Below are positions 45,992-55,706 of a stretch of 64,000 bases of DNA, piece by piece. The position numbers and the translations under genes were made by a program. Position 1 is the stretch's first letter, and the number at the start of each line of letters is the position of its first letter. Source of the stretch: Myxococcota bacterium (lineage in GTDB: Bacteria > Myxococcota_A > UBA9042 > PHBI01 > JAWLBL01); assembly GCA_041687695.1 (NCBI GenBank), contig JAWLBL010000020.1:64001-128000 (forward strand). The letters are read 5' to 3'. The notes below the pieces were generated by a model, which did not search any database, was not told where the DNA came from, and saw only the letters and a program-made list of their open reading frames with translations.

Positions 45992-47911
45992 CTAGTTCTG
46001 CTCGCGGACGCACTGGTCCTTGATGAAGGATCGGTGGTAGCCGATCTCGTCCTTCCAGTACTCGCCCTCGAAGGGCCACTCCCAGGTGTCCGACCCGACG
46101 ATGGCGACCGTGCCGCCCGACTCGGCGGTCGGCGGCGGCGTCGTCGTCTCCTCGTCGCCGTTGAGGGCCTCGAGCTTCTTGGCCTCTTCCTCGATGCGGA
46201 GGTCACCGAGGTCGACCTCGATCTCGAGCTTCTTCTGGTCGTAGTCGGCCAGGACGCCCTCGGTCTCCTTCAAGATGCGCTGGATCTTGATGCCGAGCTC
46301 GCGCGTCCGGTCCTTGTGGAGCGCCTCGAGCTTGGTCGCGATCTCCTGACCGAAGCCGCCCAGCGCCTGGCCCTTGGACGCGATGATCTTCTGCTCGTGC
46401 TCGATCTGCTTGAGGGTCTTGTACAGGTTGTAGAACTCGACGTTCCCCAGCACCGGCGCGGCCAGCTCGCGCGGCAGCCCCGACGACTGCTTGCCGCTGA
46501 CCGTCGAGACCAGCGCGTCGTAGTAGTCCTCGGGCCGCACCGTCTTGAGCAGGAAGTCCTTGAGCGGCACGCCGAGGGGAGTGACCTCCTTGGCGTACTG
46601 CGCGAGGGCCTCCTCGGCCGACTCGAAGTGGCACAGGTTCATGTAGACCGTGGCCTCGAGGATCCACAGCTCGGGATAGAACTGGTGCTTGAAGTACGGG
46701 CTGTGCAGGGTCTGGAACGTGCCGAGGGCGCGCGAGTAGTCGCCCTTGACGAAGTACACCCACGCGCTCTCGTACAGCGCCGTGGCCTGCTTGGCCGTCC
46801 CCTTGGGCACCTTGCGGTAGTAGTAGATGGCCGCGTCGGCGTCGCCGACCTCGTACGCGATGCGGGCGAGCGCCAGGAAGGCGAGGTCCTTGACCTCGGG
46901 GTCCGTCGCGTTCTCCTCGGTCGCGATGATGGCCTTCTGGAAGGACTGCACCGCCGACTTGGCCAGCTGATTGCGGATCTCGACCAGGCCCTTGAGATAC
47001 TGGGCGCGCGCGTAGTCGGGCGCCTGCGGGCTGACCGCGTCGAGGTACTTCAGCGCCTGCGACCAGTTGTTGTAGTCGAAGTAGAACTCACCCAGGACGT
47101 AGTTGAACTCGTCCTGGAAGCCGCGGCTGAAGTTGTCGACGAAGAACCGGGTCATCTCCTCGAGATCCGGCGGCGAGTAGTTCACCTTGCGCCGGAGCTC
47201 GCGGAGCTGCTGGAAGGCCGTCTGGAAGAAGGGGCGCTCGGGGCCGGCCAGGACGACCTCGACCAGCTCCTTGGCGGCAGCCTGGTACAGGCCCGCCTTC
47301 ACCAGCGCGTTGGCGATGCCGAACTTGGCGAGGTAGGCCTCCTCGCTGTCGGGGGCGAAGCCGCCCTGCTCGACGAACTTCTGGAAGGCCTGGATCGACT
47401 CGACGAACTTGCCCTGGTCGGCCAGCGCGCGTCCGGTGGCCAGAACGCCCTTGGCGAAGGCCGCGCGCTGGGCCTCCTCGGCCTTCTTGCGCTCTTCGAG
47501 CAGCTTGAGGGCCTCGAGGCGCATCTGCTCCTCGCGGGCCTTCTTCTGCTCCTCGGTCTCCACCGGCTCGGTCGGGCCGGTCGGCGTCGTCTCACCCGGG
47601 CCCGTCTGCTCGCCGCCCGGCTGCTTGCCGAAGCGGTTGGGCGTCGAGAGCATGAACTTGAGGACCTTCTCGTCGACGCTGGCCTTCTTGAGCGCCAGGA
47701 TGTCCGTGACGGTCAGGTTGAAGACGGTCTTGTCCTTCTCGATGGCCTTGATGATCTCGTCGGCCTGGATGCCGAGCTTGGTCAGCGTGACCACCTCGTC
47801 CTGCGTAATCGCCAGGGCCGACTTCGGCCCGAGCAACGTGCCGAGGCCCAACGACCCGAGGCTCAGGAGGGTGACGAGGGTCCGCGAAAAACGGGCTCGC
47901 GAAAGGATCAT
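45992..47911 (-). CDS. gltC: Periplasmic TPR protein, GltC-like
   Basis: Signal peptide; LALARIAY, ALYESAW, ALG...TLHSPYF, C-terminal WPFEGEYWKDEIGY...C. Confidence 0.82.
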   Translation of the reverse strand: MILSRARFSRTLVTLLSLGSLGLGTLLGPKSALAITQDEVVTLTKLGIQADEIIKAIEKDKTVFNLTVTDILALKKASVDEKVLKFMLSTPNRFGKQPGGEQTGPGETTPTGPTEPVETEEQKKAREEQMRLEALKLLEERKKAEEAQRAAFAKGVLATGRALADQGKFVESIQAFQKFVEQGGFAPDSEEAYLAKFGIANALVKAGLYQAAAKELVEVVLAGPERPFFQTAFQQLRELRRKVNYSPPDLEEMTRFFVDNFSRGFQDEFNYVLGEFYFDYNNWSQALKYLDAVSPQAPDYARAQYLKGLVEIRNQLAKSAVQSFQKAIIATEENATDPEVKDLAFLALARIAYEVGDADAAIYYYRKVPKGTAKQATALYESAWVYFVKGDYSRALGTFQTLHSPYFKHQFYPELWILEATVYMNLCHFESAEEALAQYAKEVTPLGVPLKDFLLKTVRPEDYYDALVSTVSGKQSSGLPRELAAPVLGNVEFYNLYKTLKQIEHEQKIIASKGQALGGFGQEIATKLEALHKDRTRELGIKIQRILKETEGVLADYDQKKLEIEVDLGDLRIEEEAKKLEALNGDEETTTPPPTAESGGTVAIVGSDTWEWPFEGEYWKDEIGYHRSFIKDQCVREQN

Positions 47912-47957
47912 GCGTGGTTCTCCTCGAGGCGTTGGAGCTTGCTGGACCGGGTCGCCG

Positions 47958-48671
47958 TCACTGCGGGGCCGCGGTGAAGAAGCTCACGCCCAGGGTGATC
48001 TCGACCGGCATCGCCACACCGCCCGTCTCGGCGGGGTAGGCGTACTGGCGATAATCCAGGCGCAACGACAGGGCCTCGCTCAGGTAGAAGCGGACGCCCA
48101 GGCCGATGTTGCCCGACACGTCGATCTTCGACTCCTCGAGGCGCGTCTCCTCGTCGACGATGGTCGTCGCGATGGCGCCGGCGCCGAAGGCCACGTGGAA
48201 GTCGAAGTGAGAGAGCTTGTCCGTGAACAGGCCGATCTTGCCGTGGATCGGGCTCCACAGGACGTCCACGCCCGCCAGCCAGTTCAGGGTCTGCGGGATC
48301 TCGACCAGGATGTTGTACAGCGTGTTCTGCTCGAGGAAGTCCTTGAGATCGCTGTTGACCGTCACCAGGTAGGAGCCCCAGGCCTCGACGGCGAAATCCT
48401 CGGCGAAGTAGTAGTCCCAGCGCCCGCCGATCGGGTAGTACGAGAAGAACTCGTCGTTCGGGATGACACCCGAAAACAGCGTGAACTCGTGGCGCGACTC
48501 CTTGAGGAACTCGCGCTTCTGCAGCGTCTTGATCTCGCGCTTTCGCGCCCAGTACAGGTCCAGCGCCTCGTCGACCGCGGCGGTGTCCTGCGGCTGGGCG
48601 AGCGCGCCCGAAGGGGGAAGCGCCAGGGTGGCGGCCAAGCAGGACCCGAGCAGCGTCTTGACGATCTTCAT
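47958..48671 (-). CDS. Outer-membrane beta-barrel protein, GltA/GltB-like
   Basis: Signal peptide; LQKREFLK..RHEF, PNDEF, WSPIHGK, HFDF, GLGVRFYL, GVSFF; directly upstream of gltC-like gene. Confidence 0.8.
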   Translation of the reverse strand: MKIVKTLLGSCLAATLALPPSGALAQPQDTAAVDEALDLYWARKREIKTLQKREFLKESRHEFTLFSGVIPNDEFFSYYPIGGRWDYYFAEDFAVEAWGSYLVTVNSDLKDFLEQNTLYNILVEIPQTLNWLAGVDVLWSPIHGKIGLFTDKLSHFDFHVAFGAGAIATTIVDEETRLEESKIDVSGNIGLGVRFYLSEALSLRLDYRQYAYPAETGGVAMPVEITLGVSFFTAAPQ

Positions 48672-48823
48672 CGCGAGCATCCTCTCGTTGTTGCGCTTCA
48701 ACCCACGGCGGCGAGGCGCGCTAGAGCACAGACAAAGGTGGCGCCGTCCGCGTGGCCCCGAGGGCGTCGCGGTGGGCGACTGAAGGGCAGGGGAGGCGCC
48801 GACGGGGGCGCGACCCGGGGACC

Positions 48824-50569
48824 TCACTGGTTGCAGGAGCCGCAGACGGCGCCTCCGGCGAGGCACTCACCGTCGCAGCAGGTGCCTCCGCTGCCATCGA
48901 GGCACGCCATGTTGTTGGGCAGCTCGAGCTCGCCGCGGCACAGCTGGGTCTCCTCGGAGCACCCCGTCTGACACACGCCGTCCCCTTCGAGGCCGCAGTC
49001 GACGTCCGCAGCGCAGGGCTTGCGGATGACGAGCCGCTTGTCCCAGGTGCTGCCGCCCGCGTTCGAGAACGTCTTGAGCTGCGCCTGGCTCACCAGCTTG
49101 CTCTCCGGGCTGATGTCCACCCGGCCACCGAGCGCGTACTGGCCGCCACGCGGCGTGCCGAACGGAGGGGCCGAGTTGCTCTTGAACACCGGCGCCGGCA
49201 CCGACGCCTGCCACACGCCCTGGAGGCTGAGGCGCACGTTGGTCATCGCGCTCGACAGCGCCTTCTGGAACTCGACCACGTTGGTGGTCGACAGCTCGTT
49301 CGAGTTGATGAACTGGTAGTGGCCGTTGGTCAGGCAGGCGATCTCCTGCTGCCGCGGGTCCGGGCCCGGGTAGCCGAAGGACTCGAACTGCACGAAGTGG
49401 ATGTGGACCGCCGGCAGGTTAGGGTTGGCCTTGTCCTCCTCGAGGCGGCGGATGATCTCGCTGACCTTCTCGGAGGTACAGGTCCCCTTGTCGCAGCTCG
49501 TGAAGGACTCGGACTCACGCAGGCAGGTGTCCGGCCCGTCGGTGAGGATGACGATGTGGTTGGTGCGGTTGAGGTCGCGCTTCTGCGTCAAGTAGCCGTA
49601 GGCCTGGTTCACCGCGTACCACAGGTTCGAGCGGCCGCCCGAGCTGCTGTTGCGCAGCGCCTCGAGGCCGTCCGTCCAGATCTTCTGGTTCGAGCGGCCG
49701 AAGCACATGTCGAGGGCCTCGTTCCAAGGCAGCCCCTCGACCTCGGGCATGGAGCAGGCCGTCGTCATGTTGTCGGCGCCCGAGCCGATGCCCTCTCCGA
49801 AGGCGAGCACGCCGAAGCGGTCCGAGGGGTTGAGCTTGTTGATGAACTCCTCGACCACGGCGATGCGGCGGTGCGTGTAGTCCGAGGCGACCTGGCTGAA
49901 GTTGGGCTCCGGGTCGAAGGTCCCGGGCGTGCCCTCCTTGAGGTCGCTCTCCTTGACCAGGCCGCGGATGGAGGCGGTGTGGTCGACGAGGAAGACGATG
50001 TTGTGGCCCGAGGAGTGGGCCGCCGAGCGGGACTTGGCGAACGGCTGATAGGCGATGCCGGACGCGCTGAGCGTCGTATCGGCCATGCACGTCCCGGGGG
50101 AGGCGTCGGGCAGCCCGTCGATGCAGTCGATCGTGAAGTCGAGGGTCTGCTGGTTGACCTTGATGGCGTCGCTGCGCGAGCCGAGGACCTCGACCGTGTT
50201 GATGATGTCGCCCGGTCGGATCGAGTTGTCCGCGTCCAGGCTGTCGCTGGAGCCGGGGCGACCCTTGCGGGGCGAGGACACCATCACGAAGTTGACGAGG
50301 AAGCCGTCGGGGTCGCCCCCGACCGCCGGGTCCATCGCGCACTGGCGGACCAGCTGGCCGTTCTGCTGCACGGCCGGATACGCGCTGACCACGACCAGGT
50401 CCTGGAACACCGTGCGGTTCGGGTTGAAGCGCGCGTTGGTGTCGCAGGCCGGGCCGGCCGCGGTGGCGGCGAGGCATCCGACGAGGGCCGCCGCGAAGCG
50501 AGACCGAACGCCCGGCGACGCGTCCCGGAGCCCCTGGGTTGTGTGCTGACCGTTCGCGCGTTCTGCCAT
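48824..50569 (-). CDS. Cys-rich vWA-domain lipoprotein, CglB-like adhesin
   Basis: GPAC lipobox-like; IVFLVDHTAS (MIDAS-like), GRSNLW, VILTDGPDTC, IACLTNGHY.F; Cys-rich C-terminus; precedes the glt-like cluster. Confidence 0.7.
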   Translation of the reverse strand: MAERANGQHTTQGLRDASPGVRSRFAAALVGCLAATAAGPACDTNARFNPNRTVFQDLVVVSAYPAVQQNGQLVRQCAMDPAVGGDPDGFLVNFVMVSSPRKGRPGSSDSLDADNSIRPGDIINTVEVLGSRSDAIKVNQQTLDFTIDCIDGLPDASPGTCMADTTLSASGIAYQPFAKSRSAAHSSGHNIVFLVDHTASIRGLVKESDLKEGTPGTFDPEPNFSQVASDYTHRRIAVVEEFINKLNPSDRFGVLAFGEGIGSGADNMTTACSMPEVEGLPWNEALDMCFGRSNQKIWTDGLEALRNSSSGGRSNLWYAVNQAYGYLTQKRDLNRTNHIVILTDGPDTCLRESESFTSCDKGTCTSEKVSEIIRRLEEDKANPNLPAVHIHFVQFESFGYPGPDPRQQEIACLTNGHYQFINSNELSTTNVVEFQKALSSAMTNVRLSLQGVWQASVPAPVFKSNSAPPFGTPRGGQYALGGRVDISPESKLVSQAQLKTFSNAGGSTWDKRLVIRKPCAADVDCGLEGDGVCQTGCSEETQLCRGELELPNNMACLDGSGGTCCDGECLAGGAVCGSCNQ

Positions 50570-50899
50570 GTCGTCCACCTCGTCTTGGGCCCCAATCGGG
50601 CCATGCCGGCGTCGGCCTGGCGTTCCGCCTGGCCGGGACCCTCCGGACGCCCAGTGACGGGCCCCCGGAAATCGGGTCGCGATCATTCAGAAGACGCCGT
50701 CCTGTTGTCAAGCCGGTTATCGTGGAACTTCACGGACATGCGCCGCCTCGGGCCGCGGTCGCCGGGCTGACGCAACCCCGCCATAGCATTGGGTTCGTTC
50801 CAGCTAACCGCCCCCTCCGGGGGCTCTGCGCGCCGGCCGGGACGGTCCGCACGCAAGGGCCCTCTGCGGCGACAATCTCGAGGCCCGCGCTATGCTTGG

Positions 50900-50928
50900 T
50901 TGACTCCGCGCAGGCCGCTCTCTAGCAT
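50900..50928 (+). promoter_or_regulatory. Putative sigma70-type promoter of Ig-lipoprotein 1
   Basis: TTGACT-N17-TAGCAT. Confidence 0.55.
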
Positions 50929-50988
50929 CCTGCGGTCGTAGACGGCCCGCCGGCGGAAGCAGGGGCGCCCAGGACCGAGGAGCTCGGC

Positions 50989-53118
50989 ATGACCAGACCC
51001 ATCACGCGTTTGCCTTTCGTCCTCTCGCTCTTCGCGGGCCTGGCGCTGAGCCTGGGGGCGTGCTCCGACTCGAGCGACGGGGACTGCCCGCCCGGCTCGG
51101 ACTTCTGCGTCGCCAAGCGTCCCGAGATCGACGTCCAGCGCCTGGGCCAGAGCTGGACCACCGGGACCAAGCTCGAGTTCGACATCGGTACGGTCGGCGT
51201 GCAGTCGATCGTCTCCCGCGTCGACCTCGTCAACGTCGGCGAGCTCGAGCTCGAGATCTACGAGGTCTCGGTGACGTCGGACCCACCGGGGGCCTTCGTG
51301 CTGGTCCCGACGTCCGGTGCGCTCCCTGAGGCGGGCGCGCCGGTGAAGGTCGCGGGCGCAGGGGCGGCAGGCACGACGGCCTCGTGGTCCTTCGACATCC
51401 TCTACACCCGTCCCCAGGGCGCCTCCGCCGTCCAGGGGCAGCTGGTCGTACGCTCCAACTCGCGCACGGCGACGGACACTGCGAACGACAACCTGACGTT
51501 CCAGCTCGGGACCGCTCAGTCCAAGCCGCAGATCACGATCAGCCCCACCATCGCCGACTTCGGCAACGTCGGCGCCGGCAGCGTCGAGAACATCGACGTC
51601 AAGATCTTCAACACCGGCAGCGACCCGCTCATCATCGACGGCTTCACGCTCTCGGGTCCGTCGGTCTTCAGCGTCCAGGACGGGCAGGGGATCTGGGCCG
51701 CGTCGGCCGAGACGGCGTCCGAAGGTGTCGCCCTCGAGAAGCCCTGGGAGATCCCTCCGGCCGGCACCTACTCGGTGCGCGTGAAGTTCGAGCCCGTCGA
51801 CGGCCAGGCCGCCAACGGCGAGCTGCGCTTCGTCTCGAACGACCCGACCGGGCCGTCGCTCGTGACCCTCAAGGGCAACGTGGGCGGACCCTGCATCTCG
51901 ATCTCTCCCAAGACGGTCAATTTCGGCGGCAAGCTGGTCGGCGCCGATGCGACCATCGACGTCGAGATCCTCTCCTGCGGTGACCAGGCCCTGAACATCA
52001 CGGGCATCCGGCTCCTCGAGGGCGCCTCCCCGGACTTCTCGCTCGACCTCAGCAAGCTCTCCGCCTCGACGACCAACGCCAGCATCCTGACCCCCGACGA
52101 GCCGGCGGTCTCCATCCCGGTCAACAAGACGGGACGCTTCACCGTCAAGTTCATCCCCGACGAGGTCAACCAGCTGGTGGACGGCAAGGCCGTACCCGAC
52201 CTGGCCCAGATCGAAATCCTCAGCGACACGTTCGTCGGGACCTCCGTGCTGGACGTCCAGGGCTACGGCGTCGAGGTCGAGTGCCCCACGGCCATCATCA
52301 AGGTGGCCGAGGGCGAGGAGGTCGTGCCGCAGACCAAGCTGCACCTGAACGGCGAGCAGAGCTTCGCGTCGACCGGACCCATCGCCAGCTACCAGTGGAG
52401 CGTCGAGCAGCCAGAGGGTTCGACCTCCCTCTTCCTGCCCAGCGCGACGGCTCCGAACGCGAACTTCGAGGCCAACATCGCCGGCATCTACACCTTCCGC
52501 CTCGACGTCTGGGACCAGAACGGCGTCAAGTCGTGCGAGCCGGCCGTCTACACGGTGATCGTCAACCCCGATCAGGCCATCCACATCGAGGCGCTGTGGG
52601 ACACCCCCGGCGACCCCGACCAGTCTGACGAGGGCCCCGAGGCGGGCGCCGACGTCGACCTCCACTTCCTGCATCCGTTCGCCACCGGCTACGACATCGA
52701 CGGCGACGGGAAGCTGGACGGCTGGTTCGACAACCCCTTCGACGTGTACTGGTTCAACCCGAACCCCGACTGGGGGGCGTTCGGCAACCCGGACGACAAC
52801 CCCAGCCTCGACCGTGACGACACCGACGGCGCGGGTCCCGAGAACATCAACCTGAACCTGCCCGAAGACGGCATGGTGTACCGCGTCGGCGTCCACTACT
52901 GGAACGACCACGGGTTCGGGGTCAGCAGCGTGACCGTGCGCATCTACGTCTTCGGCTCCCTCAAGCACGAGATCTCCGGGCTCGAGATGTCGAACCACGA
53001 GTTCTGCGAGCTCGCGACGATCGACTGGCCCAGCACGGTCATCGCGCCCATCCTGGGCAAGAACGGCGGCTACAAGTGCACGCCGAACTTCGAGCACCCG
53101 CTGTTCGTCGGGCAGTGA
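50989..53118 (+). CDS. Lipoprotein 1: three choice-of-anchor-D/ASH-like Ig domains, PKD-like domain, acidic YfaP/DUF2135-like C-terminal domain
   Basis: LGAC lipobox; P..DFG.V / N.G..PL / SNDP repeats; SYQWSVEQP; DVDLH...SLDRDDTDGAGPENI...YRVGVHYW. Confidence 0.78.
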   Translation: MTRPITRLPFVLSLFAGLALSLGACSDSSDGDCPPGSDFCVAKRPEIDVQRLGQSWTTGTKLEFDIGTVGVQSIVSRVDLVNVGELELEIYEVSVTSDPPGAFVLVPTSGALPEAGAPVKVAGAGAAGTTASWSFDILYTRPQGASAVQGQLVVRSNSRTATDTANDNLTFQLGTAQSKPQITISPTIADFGNVGAGSVENIDVKIFNTGSDPLIIDGFTLSGPSVFSVQDGQGIWAASAETASEGVALEKPWEIPPAGTYSVRVKFEPVDGQAANGELRFVSNDPTGPSLVTLKGNVGGPCISISPKTVNFGGKLVGADATIDVEILSCGDQALNITGIRLLEGASPDFSLDLSKLSASTTNASILTPDEPAVSIPVNKTGRFTVKFIPDEVNQLVDGKAVPDLAQIEILSDTFVGTSVLDVQGYGVEVECPTAIIKVAEGEEVVPQTKLHLNGEQSFASTGPIASYQWSVEQPEGSTSLFLPSATAPNANFEANIAGIYTFRLDVWDQNGVKSCEPAVYTVIVNPDQAIHIEALWDTPGDPDQSDEGPEAGADVDLHFLHPFATGYDIDGDGKLDGWFDNPFDVYWFNPNPDWGAFGNPDDNPSLDRDDTDGAGPENINLNLPEDGMVYRVGVHYWNDHGFGVSSVTVRIYVFGSLKHEISGLEMSNHEFCELATIDWPSTVIAPILGKNGGYKCTPNFEHPLFVGQ

Positions 53119-53162
53119 CCGGACGCGGGACCCGACCTTGGTCGGGTTCCCATCCGTCGCCA

Positions 53163-53195
53163 GGGAGGCCACCCTACGGGGTGGCTTCTTGGTTT
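53163..53195 (+). terminator. Terminator after Ig-lipoprotein 1
   Basis: GAGGCCACCC-TACG-GGGTGGCTTC followed by TTGGTTT; a second hairpin lies at 53127-53151. Confidence 0.65.
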
Positions 53196-53225
53196 CGAAG
53201 GGGGCCGCCGGGTCGCACTGCGGCA

Positions 53226-53254
53226 TTGATCCGATGTGGGCCCCGGGCTAACTT
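53226..53254 (+). promoter_or_regulatory. Putative sigma70-type promoter of Ig-lipoprotein 2
   Basis: TTGATC-N17-TAACTT. Confidence 0.5.
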
Positions 53255-53382
53255 GCTTGCCCTCGCACCGACGTGAAGGCGTGACGCGTGGCTCGGGCCA
53301 GGCGGCTTGCCCCGAGGGTACGGCGATGGCGATACTGCGACGTCCCTTCGTCCGAGGGGGGCGGCAAGCTGGAGGAGCGACG

Positions 53383-55488
53383 ATGAAGAGATGGCTTGGA
53401 ATCGTGATGGCTGCCATCGCGCTGAGTGGTGGGCAGGCCTGCGGCGATGACGAGGGTGGCTTCATCCTCAACGATAACCCGAGCATCCAGGTCCGTCGCG
53501 ACGGCGTCGCCATCTCCAGCGGCGAGGCCCAGAAGGTCAACGTGGCTGGTCTCGCCGAGAACCAGCAGACGATCGTCGGCACCTTCGAGATCGCGAACGA
53601 CGGCGTCGGGGCGCTCAGCGTCAGCGAGATCTCGATCGTCTCGGATCCGCCGAACGCGTTCACGGTTCAGTCTCTGGGAGCTGCGCTCCCGACCGCGGAC
53701 GCCCCCGTCGAGGTGGTCGATCAAACCGCGCCCGACGGCACCAGGACCTATCTCTTCTCCGTCGTCTACACGCGCCCCGCGTCACCGTCGGCGACGGGCA
53801 CGCTGACCATCCGTTCGAACTCGAAGCCTGCCAACCGAGACCCCAACCCGGTCGTCTCCTTCCCGATCCAGACCGAGGGTCTCCAGCCGCAGATCTCGGT
53901 CTCTCCCCCGGTGGTGGACTTCACCAACGTCGGCGCCAACCAGGAAAAGACCCTGTCGTTCAACATCGCGAACGTCGGCGGCCTGCCCCTGACCATCAAC
54001 AGCTTCACCTTCGCCGGCTCGGAGTCCTTCACCCTCATCGACGGCGCCGGACAGTGGTCGCCTTCCGCCGAGACCAGCCAGGGCGTTCAGCTCGCCGAGC
54101 CGATCACCATCGCCGAGGGCAAGACGCGCAAGATGAACGTCAAGTTCGCGCCGGAGGGCCCCGAGGCGGCGACGGCCGACCTGCGGTTCTTCTCGAACGA
54201 TCCGACCGCCACCAGCGGCACGCCCGTTCAGCTGCGCGGCAACGTCGGGGGGCCCTGCATCCAGATCGATCCCCAGCGGGTCGACTTCGGCGGCAAGCTC
54301 TTCGGCGGCGCCTACACCATCGACGTGCAGGTCACGTCCTGCGGGGACGCGGACCTCCAGGTGACCGGCGTTCGCCTCAAGGACGGCGAGGGAGCGTCCG
54401 AGGACTTCACGCTCGACCTGACGTCCTTCGGCGCGTCCAACTCGGGCGAGCTGACCGAAGAAGACGCGCCGGTCGTCATCCCCAAGAACTCGAGCAAGAC
54501 CTTCTCGGTCACCTATGTGCCCGACGAGATCAACCCGACCGACGTGAACGGCAAGCCGATCGCCGACCTCAACTTCATCGAGATCCACAGCAACACCTAC
54601 CTGCCGGTCATCGATGTCGAGGTCCGCGGGTTCGGCGTCGAGGTGGACTGCCCGACCGCCATCATCCAGGTCCAGGAGGGTGAGGAGGTCATCCCGCAGA
54701 CCAAGCTCCACCTCGTCGGCTCGCAGAGCACGGCGCCCAGCGGCAGCATCAAGACCTACGAGTGGTCGGTCCAGCAGCCGCCGGGCTCGAAGTCGGTCTT
54801 CCACCCGAGCAAGAGCTTCGCGGACCCGACCTTCGAGGTGAACGTAGCCGGTACCTACGTGTTCTACCTGAACGTCTGGGACGAAAAGGGCGAAGCCGCC
54901 TGCGAGGTGGCCGAGTACACCGTCATCGTCAACCCGGACGAGGCCATCCACATCGAGCTGCTCTGGGACACGCCCAACGACCCGGACCAGACCGACGAGG
55001 GGCCCGAGGCCGGGGCCGACATGGATCTCCACTTCACGCATCCCTTCGCGACGGGCGCGGACGTCGACGGCGACGGCATCCCCGACGGGTTCTTCGACAT
55101 GCCCTTCGACACCTTCTGGTTCAACCCCGAGCCGGACTGGGCCTCGCACGACCCGGCGGTCGACGACAACCCCAGCCTCGATCGCGACGACACGGACGGC
55201 GCCGGCCCCGAGAACATCAACCTCAACCTGCCCGAGGACGGCCTGAAGTACCGGGTCGGCGTCCACTACTGGAACGACCACGGCTTCGGGGCCAGCTATG
55301 CGACCGTCCGCGTGTACATCTTCAGCGTGCTGGTGTTCGAGGTCGCCGGCGTCGAGATGATGCACCACGACATGTGCGAGTTCGCCACCATCGACTGGCC
55401 TAGCGGCGAGGTGCTCCCCGTCACCGGGCCCGACGGTGGTTACAAGTGCATGCCCAACTACGAGAACCCCCTGTTCGGCGGGCTCTGA
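53383..55488 (+). CDS. Lipoprotein 2: full-length paralogue of lipoprotein 1
   Basis: GGAGGAG RBS; GQAC lipobox-like; same domain order; shared blocks such as DDNPSLDRDDTDGAGPENINLNLPEDG and YRVGVHYWNDHGFG. Confidence 0.8.
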   Translation: MKRWLGIVMAAIALSGGQACGDDEGGFILNDNPSIQVRRDGVAISSGEAQKVNVAGLAENQQTIVGTFEIANDGVGALSVSEISIVSDPPNAFTVQSLGAALPTADAPVEVVDQTAPDGTRTYLFSVVYTRPASPSATGTLTIRSNSKPANRDPNPVVSFPIQTEGLQPQISVSPPVVDFTNVGANQEKTLSFNIANVGGLPLTINSFTFAGSESFTLIDGAGQWSPSAETSQGVQLAEPITIAEGKTRKMNVKFAPEGPEAATADLRFFSNDPTATSGTPVQLRGNVGGPCIQIDPQRVDFGGKLFGGAYTIDVQVTSCGDADLQVTGVRLKDGEGASEDFTLDLTSFGASNSGELTEEDAPVVIPKNSSKTFSVTYVPDEINPTDVNGKPIADLNFIEIHSNTYLPVIDVEVRGFGVEVDCPTAIIQVQEGEEVIPQTKLHLVGSQSTAPSGSIKTYEWSVQQPPGSKSVFHPSKSFADPTFEVNVAGTYVFYLNVWDEKGEAACEVAEYTVIVNPDEAIHIELLWDTPNDPDQTDEGPEAGADMDLHFTHPFATGADVDGDGIPDGFFDMPFDTFWFNPEPDWASHDPAVDDNPSLDRDDTDGAGPENINLNLPEDGLKYRVGVHYWNDHGFGASYATVRVYIFSVLVFEVAGVEMMHHDMCEFATIDWPSGEVLPVTGPDGGYKCMPNYENPLFGGL

Positions 55489-55527
55489 GTCGACACCCGC
55501 GCGCTTGGTCGCGCGGCCGGTCAGCGG

Positions 55528-55566
55528 ACGGGCGCCATCCTCGAGGATGGCGCCCGTTTTGCGTTT
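55528..55566 (+). terminator. Terminator after Ig-lipoprotein 2
   Basis: 13-bp stem ACGGGCGCCATCC/GGATGGCGCCCGT followed by TTTGCGTTT. Confidence 0.8.
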
Positions 55567-55706
55567 CGAAGGCGCGTGCAACGACGCCCTTCGATGGGTA
55601 CAATCCCCGCGCTTCGTATCGCGCCCGGCGAGGGCCCATGGCCCGTGGGGGGCCGCGCGACCACCCATCGCGCTCTCGCCGGCAACCCTTTGGGGAAGGA
55701 CCGACC

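Noticed and set aside
50989..55488. Diversity-generating retroelement template/variable repeat pair
   Set aside because: Both copies are full genes, differences are not adenine-specific, and there is no reverse transcriptase in the window
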